The position numbers were made by a program, and so were the translations under genes. Below are positions 45,301 to 57,709 of a DNA stretch of 64,000 nt, one piece after another; position 1 is the first letter of the stretch, and the number at the start of each line of letters is the position of its first letter. The DNA comes from Felis catus (taxonomy: Eukaryota), in NCBI RefSeq assembly GCF_018350175.1, contig NC_058382.1:59460001-59524000 (forward strand), in the 5' to 3' direction. The notes under the pieces are model-generated. The model was not told where the DNA came from. It saw only the letters and a list, made by a program, of their open reading frames with translations, and searched no databases.

Positions 45301-47059
45301 AAACGCGCCAGCTGTACATAACGGCTGCGTTAGGATAGTGGGAGGTTACTAGTAATCGCTTCCTTAAACGTGTCCTGAGTTCTGTCACGCTGTGGTATCT
45401 TCATTTGCAAAACGAAGTGAGACTTGGACTTGGCAGCAGGGGTGGGAGGTGGGATTAAGAATTTCTATAGCATGTAAGTGGTAACAAGCAGTCCTTCCTG
45501 TGTGCCTGGCACTGTTCTATTCGACCCGCACAACAAATCCACGCGGCTGGTCCTGGCCCTGCCCCGTCCGACACAGGCAGGAGCCAAGGCCCAGAAGGTG
45601 TGCCGAGCCTGCCTGGCAGACACAGCGGGCAAGTGGGGTAGGAATCCGGCGGTCAGGCTCCGGGAATGGGATTTCCCTTCCACGGAGAGGGCACACCCAC
45701 ACATGGGCCAGGAAGGCGGAACCCCACACAGACATGTCTTGGCCGTAAACCTGCCCTTCGGCACATGGGGTCTGGATGCCCCCCTCGGAGCTGGGTGAAG
45801 GGTCCCCTAAAGATCCCCCCGGAGGCCTCGCTTTCCTGCACCTTCCAACCGGCTTTAAGACCAACTCTGTTCTGGTGGCCAGAAACCAAGTGCCTCTTGG
45901 TGGCACCGGAGAATTCCCCAGCTGCCTTCGCTAAGGAAAACTAAATGCCGTGTGAAGGTAGCAGCACCCTGGCCTGGCTGGCGGTGTGTCCGTTGTGGGC
46001 AGAGGGAAAGGCAGGTTTCACCTGGGACAGACAGCTTGTCTCCTGCCCAGGAACAGCCCATGCCAGCCACCAGGTGGGGGACCAATTAACTTATGAGGTC
46101 AGCTTTTGAGCTCCCCACAGGCAAAGGCAACATCTACGCACACAGTTTTCCGTTTGCGCAGGAAGTGGCGGCAATGCAGAAAGAGCCAGGAAGTAAAGTC
46201 AGGTTCAATGATTTAATTGAGCACCGGGGAGCGCTCAGCTGCCTCGCGAGCACCAGGGCCCTCTGGGGACCTGGGAAGACTCGGGGAGTGTCTGGACCTC
46301 TGAGCATGAAGACATCCCCAAAAGGCAATGTTTGGGCCCAAAAAAATTACTCTTCTGTGTGCAGCTTCGGAAGGCCAGCACTCGGCTCAGCCAAGCAAAC
46401 AGAAAGACCTTTCATGAGGCTCTCAGGAGATATTTCAAAAACAGAAAAGTAAAGTAGAGCCTTTCAGAGAAGAAAGTTCAGCCCTCAGCAAAAAACTGGG
46501 CTTTTAAAAAAAAAATTAATCAATTTTTGTGGTTTCAATAAAAGCAAAGGGTTTTGTGGTTTTCCCTCAAACTTTTCACCATTTTCCATAAAAACAAAAG
46601 CCAATATTTGAAACCATTTTCCCCCAGTGAAAGCGGCAACGTTTTTTCTCAGGGACAATTTCTTGGAAAAACATCTTTGCAGTGTGTCCGCCTCGCGACA
46701 GCTCGGTGTGAGCCCAAGAAAGCTGCCGGCCCGCCTGTCCGCACCAGGCATGTTTCACCTGCAGCCAAACATTCAGCCTCAGGTCACAGAAATGCGCTTC
46801 TGCTGGAAAAACCCTACATGATGAGAAAAGGTCTTTTCTCTTTCAAGAGGTTAGATTAGAGGGGGGTCATTTTGCTCTCCAAGGACTTGAACGTGAAGGT
46901 CTCAAGGTGAATTCTGATACGCAAGGGTTGTATCTTAAGCAGGTCTGGTTGCAGAAGACAAAGCCGTCCCCTCCTGATAACCTATTGTAGTCACACAAGT
47001 AGAACAAGAGATCTTGTGTGTGACACGAGTCACACAAGAGATCTCAAAGGAAACGAGTT

Positions 47060-47165
47060 TTAACCCTCTTATTTTACAGGTGAAGACACTGAGGCCCAGA
47101 GGGATTATGGTGCCTCCCCCAAGACACACAGAGCTGTGATTCAAACCCAGGTTCTCTTGATGTCC
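47060..47165 (-). mobile_element. MIR
   Basis: 'attttacaggtgaagacactgaggcccagagg...gattcaaacccagg'. Confidence 0.8.
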
Positions 47166-47594
47166 ACCCAATGGTTTTTTTGTGTTGGGTTCCCGCCCCC
47201 CACCATCACACACTCTCTCTTGGTAAAATTTACTTATTTTTATCAGTTCTTAATTCCTGAAATAAATATTATCTACATGTTAGCCAGCAAACTTTAGTAT
47301 TTCTTGACCACCTGGAAGGAAGGTAACTTTCAGCCTCCTGGATGTGAACTTCAGCAAAAGATTCCCAACTCACAAAATCTTTCTTTCAGGGAGGGATAAA
47401 GAATGTTCCAGGAACTTTTAAGGGCTCATCTTGGTCAAAGAACCTAGGGCTATCAACCCCTACTGGATTTCGGCTTCCCTATGTTTAATATTGATAAAAA
47501 TGTTCTCCTAATTTTGGTTTTGCCTTGGCTGCTAGAAGCTCAGAGCTAATTTGTATGCTTAGCTGCTAGAGCATACCTCGGTCTAGATTTTTTA

Positions 47595-47797
47595 TGTATT
47601 TTTTAAGTTTCTTTATTTTGAGAGAGGGAGAGTGCACATGAGCAGGGGAGGGGCAGAGAGAGAGACAAAATCCCAAGCAGGCTCTGAACTGTCAGCCCAG
47701 AGGCCCAATGCAGGGCTTGAACTCACTAATCATGAGACCACGACCTGAGCCAAAATCAAGAGTTGGTCGCTTAACCAACTAAGCCACCCAGGAGCCC
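47595..47797 (-). mobile_element. CanSINE
   Basis: Flanked by tagatttttta on both sides. Confidence 0.95.
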
Positions 47798-47809
47798 TTA
47801 GATTTTTTA

Positions 47810-48036
47810 TTTATTTTTTTTATTTTCTTTTACATTTATTTATTTTTTAGAGACCGAGAGAGACAGAGCACAAGCGGGGGACGGGCAGAGAGACAGAGAG
47901 ACACAGAATCCAAAGCAGGCTCCAGGCTCTGAGCCGTCAGCACAGAGCCCGACGCGGGGCTCGAACTCACAAACCACGAGATCATGACCTGAGCTGAAGT
48001 CGGACACTCAACCGAGTGAGCCGCCCAGGCACCCCC
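47810..48036 (-). mobile_element. CanSINE, felid type
   Basis: Flanked by cccttagatttttta on both sides. Confidence 0.95.
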
Positions 48037-48765
48037 AACCCTTAGATTTTTTAAATACAATTTGTATCTCTACGTCTTTATTCTCCGCCCTTTTGCCTTT
48101 TATTCTGAATTAGTTGTTTTTATGCTTTGTATTTTCAGTTTAAGTCAGTCAAAATTTTTTCTGAAAATAGATAAATACTTAAGTAAGTATTTCCTCTCGC
48201 AGATCTTAAACCAAAATAAGTAACAAAATTATTCAACAGACAGAGGGTTGCAAGGGAAACAGAAAAGTAAATGTAAAAAGAACTTTCCCCAAAAAAGCCA
48301 GCAGAAGAAAACCAACAGGGCAATCTTCCAGCTCGCCGCGAACCCTCCTGTCCTGCTTCGTTGTCACCAGCCTCGCAGACACCGGGGAGCCCACGTGCGG
48401 TTCTGAGTCTCAAACCTGAGGAGCCATCCTCCCTGCGGCGGCCCAAGTGTGAGACGTGCTGGGACTGCTGAGGGCATCAAGGCCAATCCCACCATCTCAC
48501 AAACGGGGACTGAGGGCCAGAGAGGGTGAGAGACTTTCCCGAGGCCGCACCGCTTGGCAGTGCTGAGGTCAAGCTCTGGGCTTTTTCTGCAACGTCACGC
48601 CCTTCCTCACAAACACGTCTGGCTCCACCAAACCACATGAGACAGACTTCAAGAATTTAATTCACCAACATGAGCTTTTCTGCTTTTGTTTTTTCAGGCC
48701 AACCTAAAAGCTACATCGAAAGTAAACAGGCTAAGTTTCTGCTTACTGATCTATGACAATCCATA

Positions 48766-48825
48766 GGGTGGGGGGTGGGGGGGTGGGGGGGGGCTGTGGG
48801 GGTGTGGGGGGGGTGGGGGTGGGTG
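48766..48825 (+). repeat. G-run tract (G-quadruplex potential)
   Basis: At least 8 runs of 3 or more G separated by short linkers. Confidence 0.85.
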
Positions 48826-50208
48826 TGCCTCTAGGAAGAACAGATGATCAAAAATTCTGAGAACCTTTATAGCTAAAATCTAGGAAACTGTTGGTAAAGC
48901 AAGCTATCCTATGTATTCAACAAATACCATTTCATTCAACAAACGCTTGGCAAGAGCTTCACAGGCACCCAGCCCCACGGAGGGGAGGGAACAGTAAAAC
49001 AAAGCAGCGCTGAGGCCCCCCCAGGAAGCGCCCCCCCCCCCCAGGAGCACAGAGGTCTGGCCCCGGACCTCGAAGTGAGCTCAGCAGTGCTGGACGCTGG
49101 ACGGGAGGCAAGGGAGACCCACGGCCTCTTTGTGAACACAGAAAAGGAAAGCTTTACTCTCCATAAGGGGTTGCGTCTGTGAAGTGAAGTGAAACAACGG
49201 AACAGAAAGCGTGGAGTCCTAGACGTGTGTGTGCCGCACGGAAAACCCGGGCCGGCTGCGCCCACGTGGCCAGCCTGCCTGCCGTCTTTGCAGGGTCCCT
49301 GCTTTAGCGTCTGCTAAAAACTTAATGTTGAATTAAACAGCCTCCCTGAAATCTGGGGCCCACAAAGCATGCTTGGGATCTAGAACATTAGTTTTCTGTG
49401 TGTTCATGGAGAGGGATTGATTTAAATATGTCGAGAACGTCTTAGTGGTAAAAGCGAGTGGATTTTTTTAAGGGAAATTTTATTGGGAATATTTTTCCCC
49501 CTAGGTGTGAAATCTGGCAGGTAACTGCATTCTCTGATGGACTGTTGAAGACTTGGTTAATTAGAAATAAGATTCAGGTCCAAGGTAAACAATCTGAGCC
49601 TCCTAAGTCTTCTTAGGATGTTTGTCTGAAATGCTTCTGAAAATAGTATAGCTTTCTATAAAGAAATATTAACTGGTGTTCATAAATGGAGGTGACTACA
49701 TTCTAACCCAGCCCTTACTAAATTGGTATTAGACGAGGGATTAGTCTCTGATTTTATTTGAAAATCCCAAGAGGAAAAGCAACTCCAACCACTGCTTTCT
49801 TCTCCGGTTTCCAGAAACAAGGCAAGGGAGCCTGCAGACCAGCCCCAATGGCTTGGTGCAGAAAACGAGCAAGCTAATTGCCCACTGTTTATTGATACAA
49901 TCCACCACACAGACAGAAGGCAAACAGCAGCCCGTCCTCGTCCTCCTCAGAGTTTCACTTAGGTGGGACACTTAATCCTCATTTGTGCCTCCGTGCATCT
50001 CACGGCGGGGGACTACCCTCTCCTGGGGAGGGTCCCGTCTTCCCCACTGGGTTTCACCCAGCTTGTCTTTCAGCCTTCACACCACAAAGTGCTAAGAAGG
50101 AAGGTCAAGCCTCCCTGAACTCCCCTGAGGGACCCACAGTGGGGACGGCGCCCCAAGGCAGCCCTTCCTCGCGTGTCCAGCCCTGCTTGGAGGCTGAGCC
50201 TCCGCTGG

Positions 50209-50222
50209 GCGCCCTCTAGGGG
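50209..50222 (-). promoter_or_regulatory. Candidate CTCF core motif
   Basis: Minus strand CCCCTAGAGGGCGC; one mismatch to CCASYAGRKGGCRS. Confidence 0.35.
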
Positions 50223-50239
50223 CCGCACGCCGACAAGCA

Positions 50240-50345
50240 CCATCATCCCTGCATTTGCAGATGAGGAAGCCCAAGGCGCAGGAGGTGCGCTGCTAAGTGC
50301 CCTCCCAAACATGGTGCAGCGGGGATTCGAACCCAGACATTTGGA
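50240..50345 (-). mobile_element. MIR
   Basis: 'catttgcagatgaggaagcccaaggcgcaggagg...gggattcgaacccaga'. Confidence 0.75.
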
Positions 50346-50589
50346 GAAACAGTAATGAGGAGGGCGAGGGGGTGCTGGTGGACACAGTGAGCAGACCCTG
50401 AGCTGATCACTGCGGGGAGGCCTGGAGGTGCTGGGGAGCCCAGCTGCTCACCCACTTCCTCCCCAGCTTGCGCTCAAAGTCCCCTCCTTCCTCTGACGGA
50501 TGCCACTCTCCTCCCATCTCCTTTCCCCTTTCCTTTGCCAAACTGTGTGTGGAGATAAATGAGTGAATACACACATGAGCCCATCTCCG

Positions 50590-50700
50590 TGTAAGCCATC
50601 ATCAATCACCAGACTCCACCCCACACAGGCGGGGATCTGGGTGCATTCATGCTCCACACACAGTAGGTGCTCGATAAACGTACGCTGGACAAATGTATTA
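50590..50700 (+). mobile_element. L2 3' end
   Basis: 'cacacagtaggtgctcgataaacgtacgctggacaaatg'. Confidence 0.65.
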
Positions 50701-51476
50701 TGCAAAAACCATTCAATAATAAGTCTGTGCTGGATGACAGATTAACGACCCAAGTGTCCTGGGCCTCAGTGCCAATTCCATGGGTTCTGTCATCTCTCTG
50801 GGCCCCGAAGGGACCACACTCCTGCCTTTCAGCCTCCTGACCTTCTCTGCCTCCTTCCCGTTCCACTCGGGGCTGCAGGACAGAGACGACAAGCAGGGGC
50901 TGCTCCCCGTCTGTCGCAAACCCCACACTTGGCAGGAACTCCTGCGAGAGGCCACCAAGCCTGGTGGGCAAAGACTGGAGGGCACAGCCTCCCAGCAGAC
51001 GAGGCCCAGCACTGTGCCCAGTGACCAAGACCCCTGGCGCCAATCTTCTCAACCCTTCTCTGTGCCCAGGGCCTTTGTCTGGCTCTGCAGAATAGGGTTC
51101 TTTCCAGTGCGGGCTTCAGGCGAGAAGTTGACACATCTCCACTAAAGCTGCCTCATAAAAGCTGGAAATATATTGAGCAAAGGATTCCATTTCCTGTCCT
51201 CGGCCGGCAGGCGCATGTACCAGGCTTTCATTCTCAGCCAAGTTCTCCAGGGAGGTAACACTGCAAACCATTTTTCTGAGTAAATGTTTACACTGTATAA
51301 TTTTCCTTTGGTGCAAAGCATTTCACGCACACAGGGGAAAAAAAGAAACCGGCGTAGCCGAGATTCCCGAAGACAAGGTCTCTGGATCTGAGGGGCGGGA
51401 GACAGGACAGACACCTACAGTCAGGTGAACAAGGCCCTGCGTCTCCTGACACCCCTGGGCCTACTTCCTCATGCGG

Positions 51477-51524
51477 GAGCCACGAGCAGACTGCAGAGCC
51501 ACGAGCAGACTGCACCGCCACGAG
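51477..51524. repeat. 19-bp tandem duplication (about 2.5 copies)
   Basis: gagccacgagcagactgca twice exactly, then ccgccacgag. Confidence 0.9.
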
Positions 51525-51989
51525 TTTGGGGAGAGCGGAGAGTTCCACACACTCGTCCGGCTTCCCCTGGGCCAAAGGGTTGCAAACACCTTAGATAAGC
51601 TGCCCTCCCATTAATGCCCCCTTTGTTTGAGACCTGAACTGGCTCGTTTCTGTCTAAAATCCTGCACAGACTAGGAAAAATAATTTTTTTTAATTAAGAG
51701 ACTTTGTTCTTTCGAGCAGTCTGAGATTTACAGAAAACTGAGCAGTTTCCACACGCCTCGAGGTGGGCTCCTGCCCGGGACAGGAGATAGCTGGCCGAGG
51801 GTACCCCAAAGGTCTGGGTCCACAGGACCTGCTCCCCAGCAGCTCCACTCTAGGGGGGGGGGACACACAGTAAGCAAGAGAAGCTATGGTTAATGAGCAT
51901 ACCAGAAAGGAGACGACCGGGACAGTCTACTGTCCTAAGAGGTGAACCAAGAAACTAAGAGGTGGTGCCTGCTCTGACTGGGTGTTCAG

Positions 51990-52290
51990 GGGCAAGATGT
52001 TTACGCATTGCTGTTCACGGCCGTGTTTCATTAGTAATATTGAAAAGTCCAGAACAGCCTCAAGGTGCAAGTATTGCAGTGTGGTTCGTTAACCTCAGTA
52101 GCCAATGGACGAAATACTATGTGGCCACCAAAAATAACATAAGGACTGTGTGATACCTGGGGAAACACTTACCATATAATTTCAGGCAAAAAAAAAAAAA
52201 GGCAGAATATAAAATTACATTTGCATGCATTAACTTGGAGCACATAAAAATATACATACATTAGAAAGAAACACATCACACCTTAATGGG
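51990..52290 (+). mobile_element. L1ME-like 3' fragment
   Basis: 'caatggacgaaatactatgtggccaccaaaaata...aaaaaggcagaatataaaa'. Confidence 0.6.
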
Positions 52291-52504
52291 GTTGTATTTG
52301 GCAGCTCAAGGCTGGAAGCTTTCATGAATACACACCCTTATATAAGAGGTGGAGGGAAAGTTTTAAACAAAGAAATGACTTGAAAGTTCAAATCAGTCCT
52401 GATGTCAGTTGGAGGCTGTGACTGAAGAGTATTAAACCACTATTACTATCCTTGACATTCAGCGATTTCTAAACACAGTACAAACTAGCTTAGAAACGAC
52501 CTCA

Positions 52505-52720
52505 GGGGCACCTGACTGGCTCAGTCGGTTAACGTCAGACTTTAGCTCAGGTCATAATCTCATGGTTTGTGAGTTTGAGCCCCACATCAGGCTCTGTGCT
52601 GACAGCTCAGAGCCTGGAACCTGTTTTGGATTCTGTGTCTCCCTCCCTCTCTGCCCCTTCCCTGCTCACATTCTGTCTCTGTCTCTCTCTCTCAAAAATA
52701 AACATTTAAAAAAAATGTTT
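52505..52720 (+). mobile_element. CanSINE, felid type
   Basis: Full head, CT tract and tail. Confidence 0.95.
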
Positions 52721-52741
52721 TAAGAAACTTCAAGATAATTT

Positions 52742-52880
52742 GCATACATATTTATACATATACATTTATATATACATACGTGTATATTCACACATCTCCT
52801 ATGTGTGTACACATATATACACACACAAGGACACACATATATGGAGAGATAAACGTATATGTAAAATATATATGTATATT
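52742..52880. repeat. Degenerate (TA/CA)n tract
   Basis: Direct reading. Confidence 0.85.
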
Positions 52881-54284
52881 TCCCCAAGGGAAAGTTACAA
52901 ATCTTAATTTGTGCGTCCAAAAAAAAAAAAAAAAAAATACCTGAAGGTGGACCGCACGTGGTCTTATGAAAACAGATGGCCAGTTGGGATCTTCAAAATT
53001 ATTTTTTAATTAGTTTCAATAGTAAAAAAAGAAAAGAAAAAAAGGTCATTGAGTAAACTCCCTGCCTCTAAGTATTTTCACTTAAATGGATCCACTGTTT
53101 TTTAACTGACTCAATAGAAATTCATAGGCCAAAAAAATGAGGTCTGAGCGAGTAGCCTTGGCCTCAGACCGTAAACCTGGCTGTTCAGAGCACGAATCCA
53201 GGCCCCGTTTTAAACTCTCCCTGTGGTCCCGGGCAAGCTGCTCAGGCCTAGCTTTCCAACTCTCTGCAGAGTCACAGTCACGGTCCACGGCTGGGGCTGC
53301 AAACATCACGTGGGCACAGAGAACAAGTAAGGGCTCCATGGACTTGCTCGCCAGCTGGGGGCTATGGGGGGCGGGGTGTGGGGAGCTGAACAGGGTTCCT
53401 CTCCCAGCCTCACTCTCCCCATCAGAAAGACGGGGATAACAAAGCGCCTCTCATCAAGACTGAACCAGATAAAGCCCTCACGTGCCAAGGGTCTGGCCCC
53501 AGACTGGATTCCATATGGTGGTGTTTACTTCTTCCTCCTGGTTCCTTTCTAATAACTGACTCACCGAATGGCTGAGTTTATGCCTGTTTTCCCTTGGGCA
53601 AAGGCTGGTTTTGAGTGATCACAGCTAGTTTTATTGAGCATCTATTATGTGCCCAGCACTTTTCCCATATTATCAGTTACTATGCTATTTTCCCCTTAGA
53701 CGGGGAGGCTGGGGCTCAGTCAGCAGTGAAACTGGGATTTCAGTGCCGGCAGGTGGACACCAGTCCACAAGCTCAGCCCCTCCTTCCTGCTTCATGTGAA
53801 GGGGCAGGAATAGGGGCCTATGTGCCAATTAGGATCTGAGATCTGAAGGAATCCATTCCTTCCCCCTGCCCTCTCCCACCAGGCCCAGACTCAGGAGCCA
53901 TCAAGCTGTGTGATCCCAGGTGGGTTACTGGACCTCTCTGTTCTTCCTTTTCCTCAGGAGCTCCTACTTCAGGGGCTGTTGTGACTATTCGGTGACACAA
54001 ACGTACATAAAATGTTTACAGGTCAGAGAAGCTGCAATGATTTGTTCGACCTTCCACAACCTAGGCCCCCCCACCAGCTGCAGTGGAAACTGGGGAATGA
54101 AGACACAGGGGCATCAGGACTGACCTGGACTTGGGGCTGGGGAACTTTTGCCACAAAGGACCAGGTAGTAAACATCTTTGGCTCTGCGAACCATGTGGTC
54201 GCTTCCATAACTACTCAAGTCTGACACAGACAATCCCATCAGTGAATGTGTGCAGCTGTGTTCCAATAAAACTTTATTCAAACA

Positions 54285-54483
54285 GGGGCGCCTGGCTGGC
54301 TCCATCGGTTGAGCGTCCGACTTCAGCTCAGGTCATGATCTCACGGTTCCTGAGTTCAAGACCCGCATCAGGCTCTCTGCTGTCAGTGCAGCACCCACTT
54401 TGGATCCTCTGTCTCCGTCTCTGTCTGCCTCTCTCTCCTTCTCTCTCTCTCTCCAAAAATAAACATTAAAAAAAAAAAAAAAC
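54285..54483 (+). mobile_element. CanSINE
   Basis: Full length. Confidence 0.95.
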
Positions 54484-54489
54484 CCTTTA

Positions 54490-54689
54490 GGGGTGCCTAG
54501 GTGGCTCAGCCAGTCCGACTTCAGCTCAGGTCACGATCTTACGGTTCGGTTCATGAATTCGAGCCCCGCATCAGGCTCTCTGCTGTCAGCTCAGAGCCCA
54601 CTCTGGATCCCTCCTCTCCCTCTCTTCCTGTCCCTCCCGCACTAGTGCTCTCTCTTTCTCTCTCAAAAATAAATAAACATTAAAAAAAA
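54490..54689 (+). mobile_element. CanSINE with a short deletion at the A-box
   Basis: 'gtggctcagccagtccgacttcagctcagg'. Confidence 0.93.
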
Positions 54690-55109
54690 TTTATTTCACA
54701 AAGAGGCATTGGCCCTCAGTTGCAATTCGCTGACCCCTGACGCCAACGGTCTGGCGCTGGGCGCTCTGGACTAAGTCAGTCCTGGTAGGAAGGATGCTGG
54801 GTGGAACAGACACAGAGTGTGCCACAATCACTGAGCTAAATCTACAGCAGCAGAAGCTGCCAAGTGCAACAGAAACAAAGAGCTGGGACCCTGCCAAGTG
54901 GGGAAAGAGCTGTGCCCCATGTACTTGGCGTTCAGAGAAGAGGCCCTCCCTCCCTGCAACTCTCAGGAGCGTCCTGCAGACCCCGGTTCCAGGTCCACTT
55001 TCTGGGATGGGAACAGACAACAGGCAATCGTGGGCGGCCCAGTGGGGACGATGCTCCTTTCTACCTGGGATCGCCCACAGAGGGTGTCCCCGGCCAGTTC
55101 ACACCCAGG

Positions 55110-55504
55110 GCACGGACCTGGGTCCAAGTCCTCATGCTCCTTCTGGCCCCAGGGCCTTTGCACATGCTGTTCCCTCTGCCTGCAACATTCTTGCCCGCCT
55201 ATTTTCCACCTGGCCAACTCCTTCCCACACCAGGCCTTAGCAAAAGCAAAATTCCCAGGGACGACCTCCCTCAGCCAGACACCACCCGCTCCTGGCTCAG
55301 GCCCCCCTTTTTGCAAACTCCCATGCACCTGCACTTCCCCTTGTAATTCTAACCACACTGTGGTTCTACAATATTTATTTGTCTCCCCCACTGGAGCCGG
55401 AGCCCTGTGCGAGCAGGGACCACATTGGTTTTATTCTCCGTGGTTTCCCCGGTTCCTAGCTCAGGATCTGACTCAAATATTTGTTGAACAAATTAATAAA
55501 TAAA
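55110..55504 (+). mobile_element. L2 3' end
   Basis: 'agggcctttgcacatgctgttccctctgcctg...aaatatttgttgaacaaatt'. Confidence 0.85.
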
Positions 55505-56267
55505 CAGAAAGAAAACTCAATGTACAAGGAGAAATCTCTCATTCCAAGGAAGATGTTATAACTCAGTGGCATTACATCACTGGAATAAGTATGTTTTAAC
55601 TCTTTTTCCCTCTTCTTATATTTTCCCACTTTCTTGCTTTCCAAATTTATAAACTGGGGTAAAGTGAGTTCACATAAAGGACTAAGCTCTTTTTTTTAAA
55701 AAAGTGCTTCAGTGGCTGATGTATTTCATTAGCATCGAAAACAATGCAGTTACATTATACATTTTATACAAACTACTAATCCACGTGTGCGCAAATGTGC
55801 CTCTGAGGACAAGTTAGTAGTTTTATGATATGCTTTCAGTATTTCCCCGTTGTTCCAATGTAATATTTTTTGCTATTAAAATACATAGTAAACTTCTAGA
55901 GGGAAAAAAAAAAGCAAGGTCACTCTGAGCAAGTAGAAGAGACTAAGGACTTATACAACCACTGTTTCTTTCTCTCTGATGAGGGAAGTTTCTGAAACTA
56001 ACTTCACCTCCTCAGGTATGAAAATACATTGAAATAGTCACAGGCCTCAAGATTAGCTTGAACTCATCACACTGCTTGAGGTTTCTGTCCTCGGCCTGCT
56101 CTGCAAAGACACAGTGGTGTGTGGGACGTGTCTGAAAACCAAGGAACCCTGACTAGTGGTGTTTCCTGACTGCTTGCTGTGTCCTCGGGTGGTAGGGAGG
56201 ACTCTTTTAAGTATAATTAAGATTCAGTGTCATATTAGTTTCAGGGGTACAATAAAATGATCCCACA

Positions 56268-56435
56268 CAGGTCTCTCCCTCTTCTTATAAGGTCACTGAT
56301 CCCATCACGGGGGTCCTGACCAATGACCTCATCTAATCACCTCCCCAAAGACCCGATCATCTCCAAACACCATCATACTGGGAGCGAGGGCTTCAATGCA
56401 GGGATTTGGGGGACACACACATTCAGTCCATGACA
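56268..56435 (-). mobile_element. MLT1A/B-like MaLR LTR fragment
   Basis: 'cttcttataaggtcactgatcccatc...atgacctcatctaa...ggacacacacattcagtccatgaca'; paralogous to 18010-18161. Confidence 0.85.
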
Positions 56436-56439
56436 CTCA

Positions 56440-56500
56440 TAATATCTTAAATGTTGATTACTTGTTGAAAGGATGCTATTTTGGATAGCATGTGGTTATT
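56440..56500. mobile_element. MER3/MER33-like hAT fragment
   Basis: 'atgttgattacttgttgaaaggatgctattttggata'. Confidence 0.5.
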
Positions 56501-57709
56501 AAAGAGAAATGCTTGAAGACAAACAAGAAAAGAAGGACGCAATCATGAGAAATCACTCTCAAGGTGTCCTCAGAGTTCGCTGCACGCCCCAGCCAGGCGC
56601 GGGCAGGGCTGAGGACACGCAGGGCAGGAGACAGCCAGCGGAGCACCCAAGTCTGGCGGGAGGAGGAAGCCGACAGGCGGTCAGGTGAGGGAGGAAGGAG
56701 GGCCCCACATGTGGAAGTAATTATGGAAGCATTCTGCACCTTTCCAAGTGGCAGACAGCCCCTCTAGCTCCAAACATCTTTGCCTCCTCCGGGGCAGAGC
56801 CCCCTGAACCCAGCTGGCCAAGGGGCACCTTGAGCATCAGCTCCGCACCCCAGCTCTGGCTCTGGCCCTTCCGCGTGCTGCCCTGGGCTGGGGCCACGGA
56901 ACAAAAATGCAAGGAAAGTTTGTCTGCTGCCAGTGGGATGGAACCAGCTGGAACCTGCTCACATCCTGCAGCAGCTGGCAGTCACACGGTGATGGATGAG
57001 GGTCTAGAACCTGCCCCTGACCTGGGTCCCGGGGGTGGGGGCAGGGCTCACTTAGTGCCCCTGGGCCCTCATGGGGAGATGATGAAACCGGCTGGGCCAC
57101 ACAACAGATCCTGAGCCATCGGGAGGGCTCTGTCCGTGGCATTCGTGGATATTACAGTGAGCAGGTGAGGGCCACTGGTTTTGCAGAAAAAGAGGCCTAC
57201 GTCCTACAAGTTCCAGCAGGGACCCCAGCCCCATTCACCACCTAGACACACTAAGCCACTAAGTGACCAGGCCCAGTGGAACCACTCACGTGGCCTGCTT
57301 TTTTGAGAGGTTCTGATAAAGAACTTGCCCAGGCCAAGCTAACCAAGTACAGGCTGCTCTCTGCCTCTGCTCTGCCCACTCTCTCAGTCCCCCACACTGA
57401 CCAGAGAGTTTCCCAGAAGGCACTGCATGTGCATTCTCTTGACCCTGAGAGCACCCCATCATCGCCTCTTCCTGGCACCACCCCGTCCTCCCGCTGCCGA
57501 CCCCCCGGAGAAAACTTCCCTGATGTCTTCCTCCTCCCGGCACTCCCCTGGCCCTAGTGCAGCTACTGTTACCCCCCACCGCGCACCGTCATTAGTTCTA
57601 GATGGACTGGTTCCCGTGTCCGGCTGCCAACTCCTCAGAAGCACCTCCATCTATGTCACCTTGGCATGCTCTGACCAGGCCTTCCCTTGGAACAGGGAAG
57701 ACAGGGGAA

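Larger units (their letters stand above)
54133..54739 (+). mobile_element. MER58A-like hAT-Charlie MITE split by two SINEs
   Basis: 'aaggaccaggtagtaaacatctttggctctgcg...ctgtgttccaataaaactttatt', resuming after the SINEs as '...ttcgctgacccctg'. Confidence 0.8.

Noticed and set aside
54794..55503. Cluster of 142-201-aa ORFs
   Set aside because: Overlap an L2 relic; open in many frames; no homology recognised.
55976..56015. Hairpin as a pre-miRNA
   Set aside because: The imperfect stem of about 15 bp is too short.
56012..56070. C/D-box snoRNA candidate on the minus strand (GTGATGA...CTGA)
   Set aside because: No adjacent terminal stem, no rRNA/snRNA guide recognised, and the motif pair is expected by chance.
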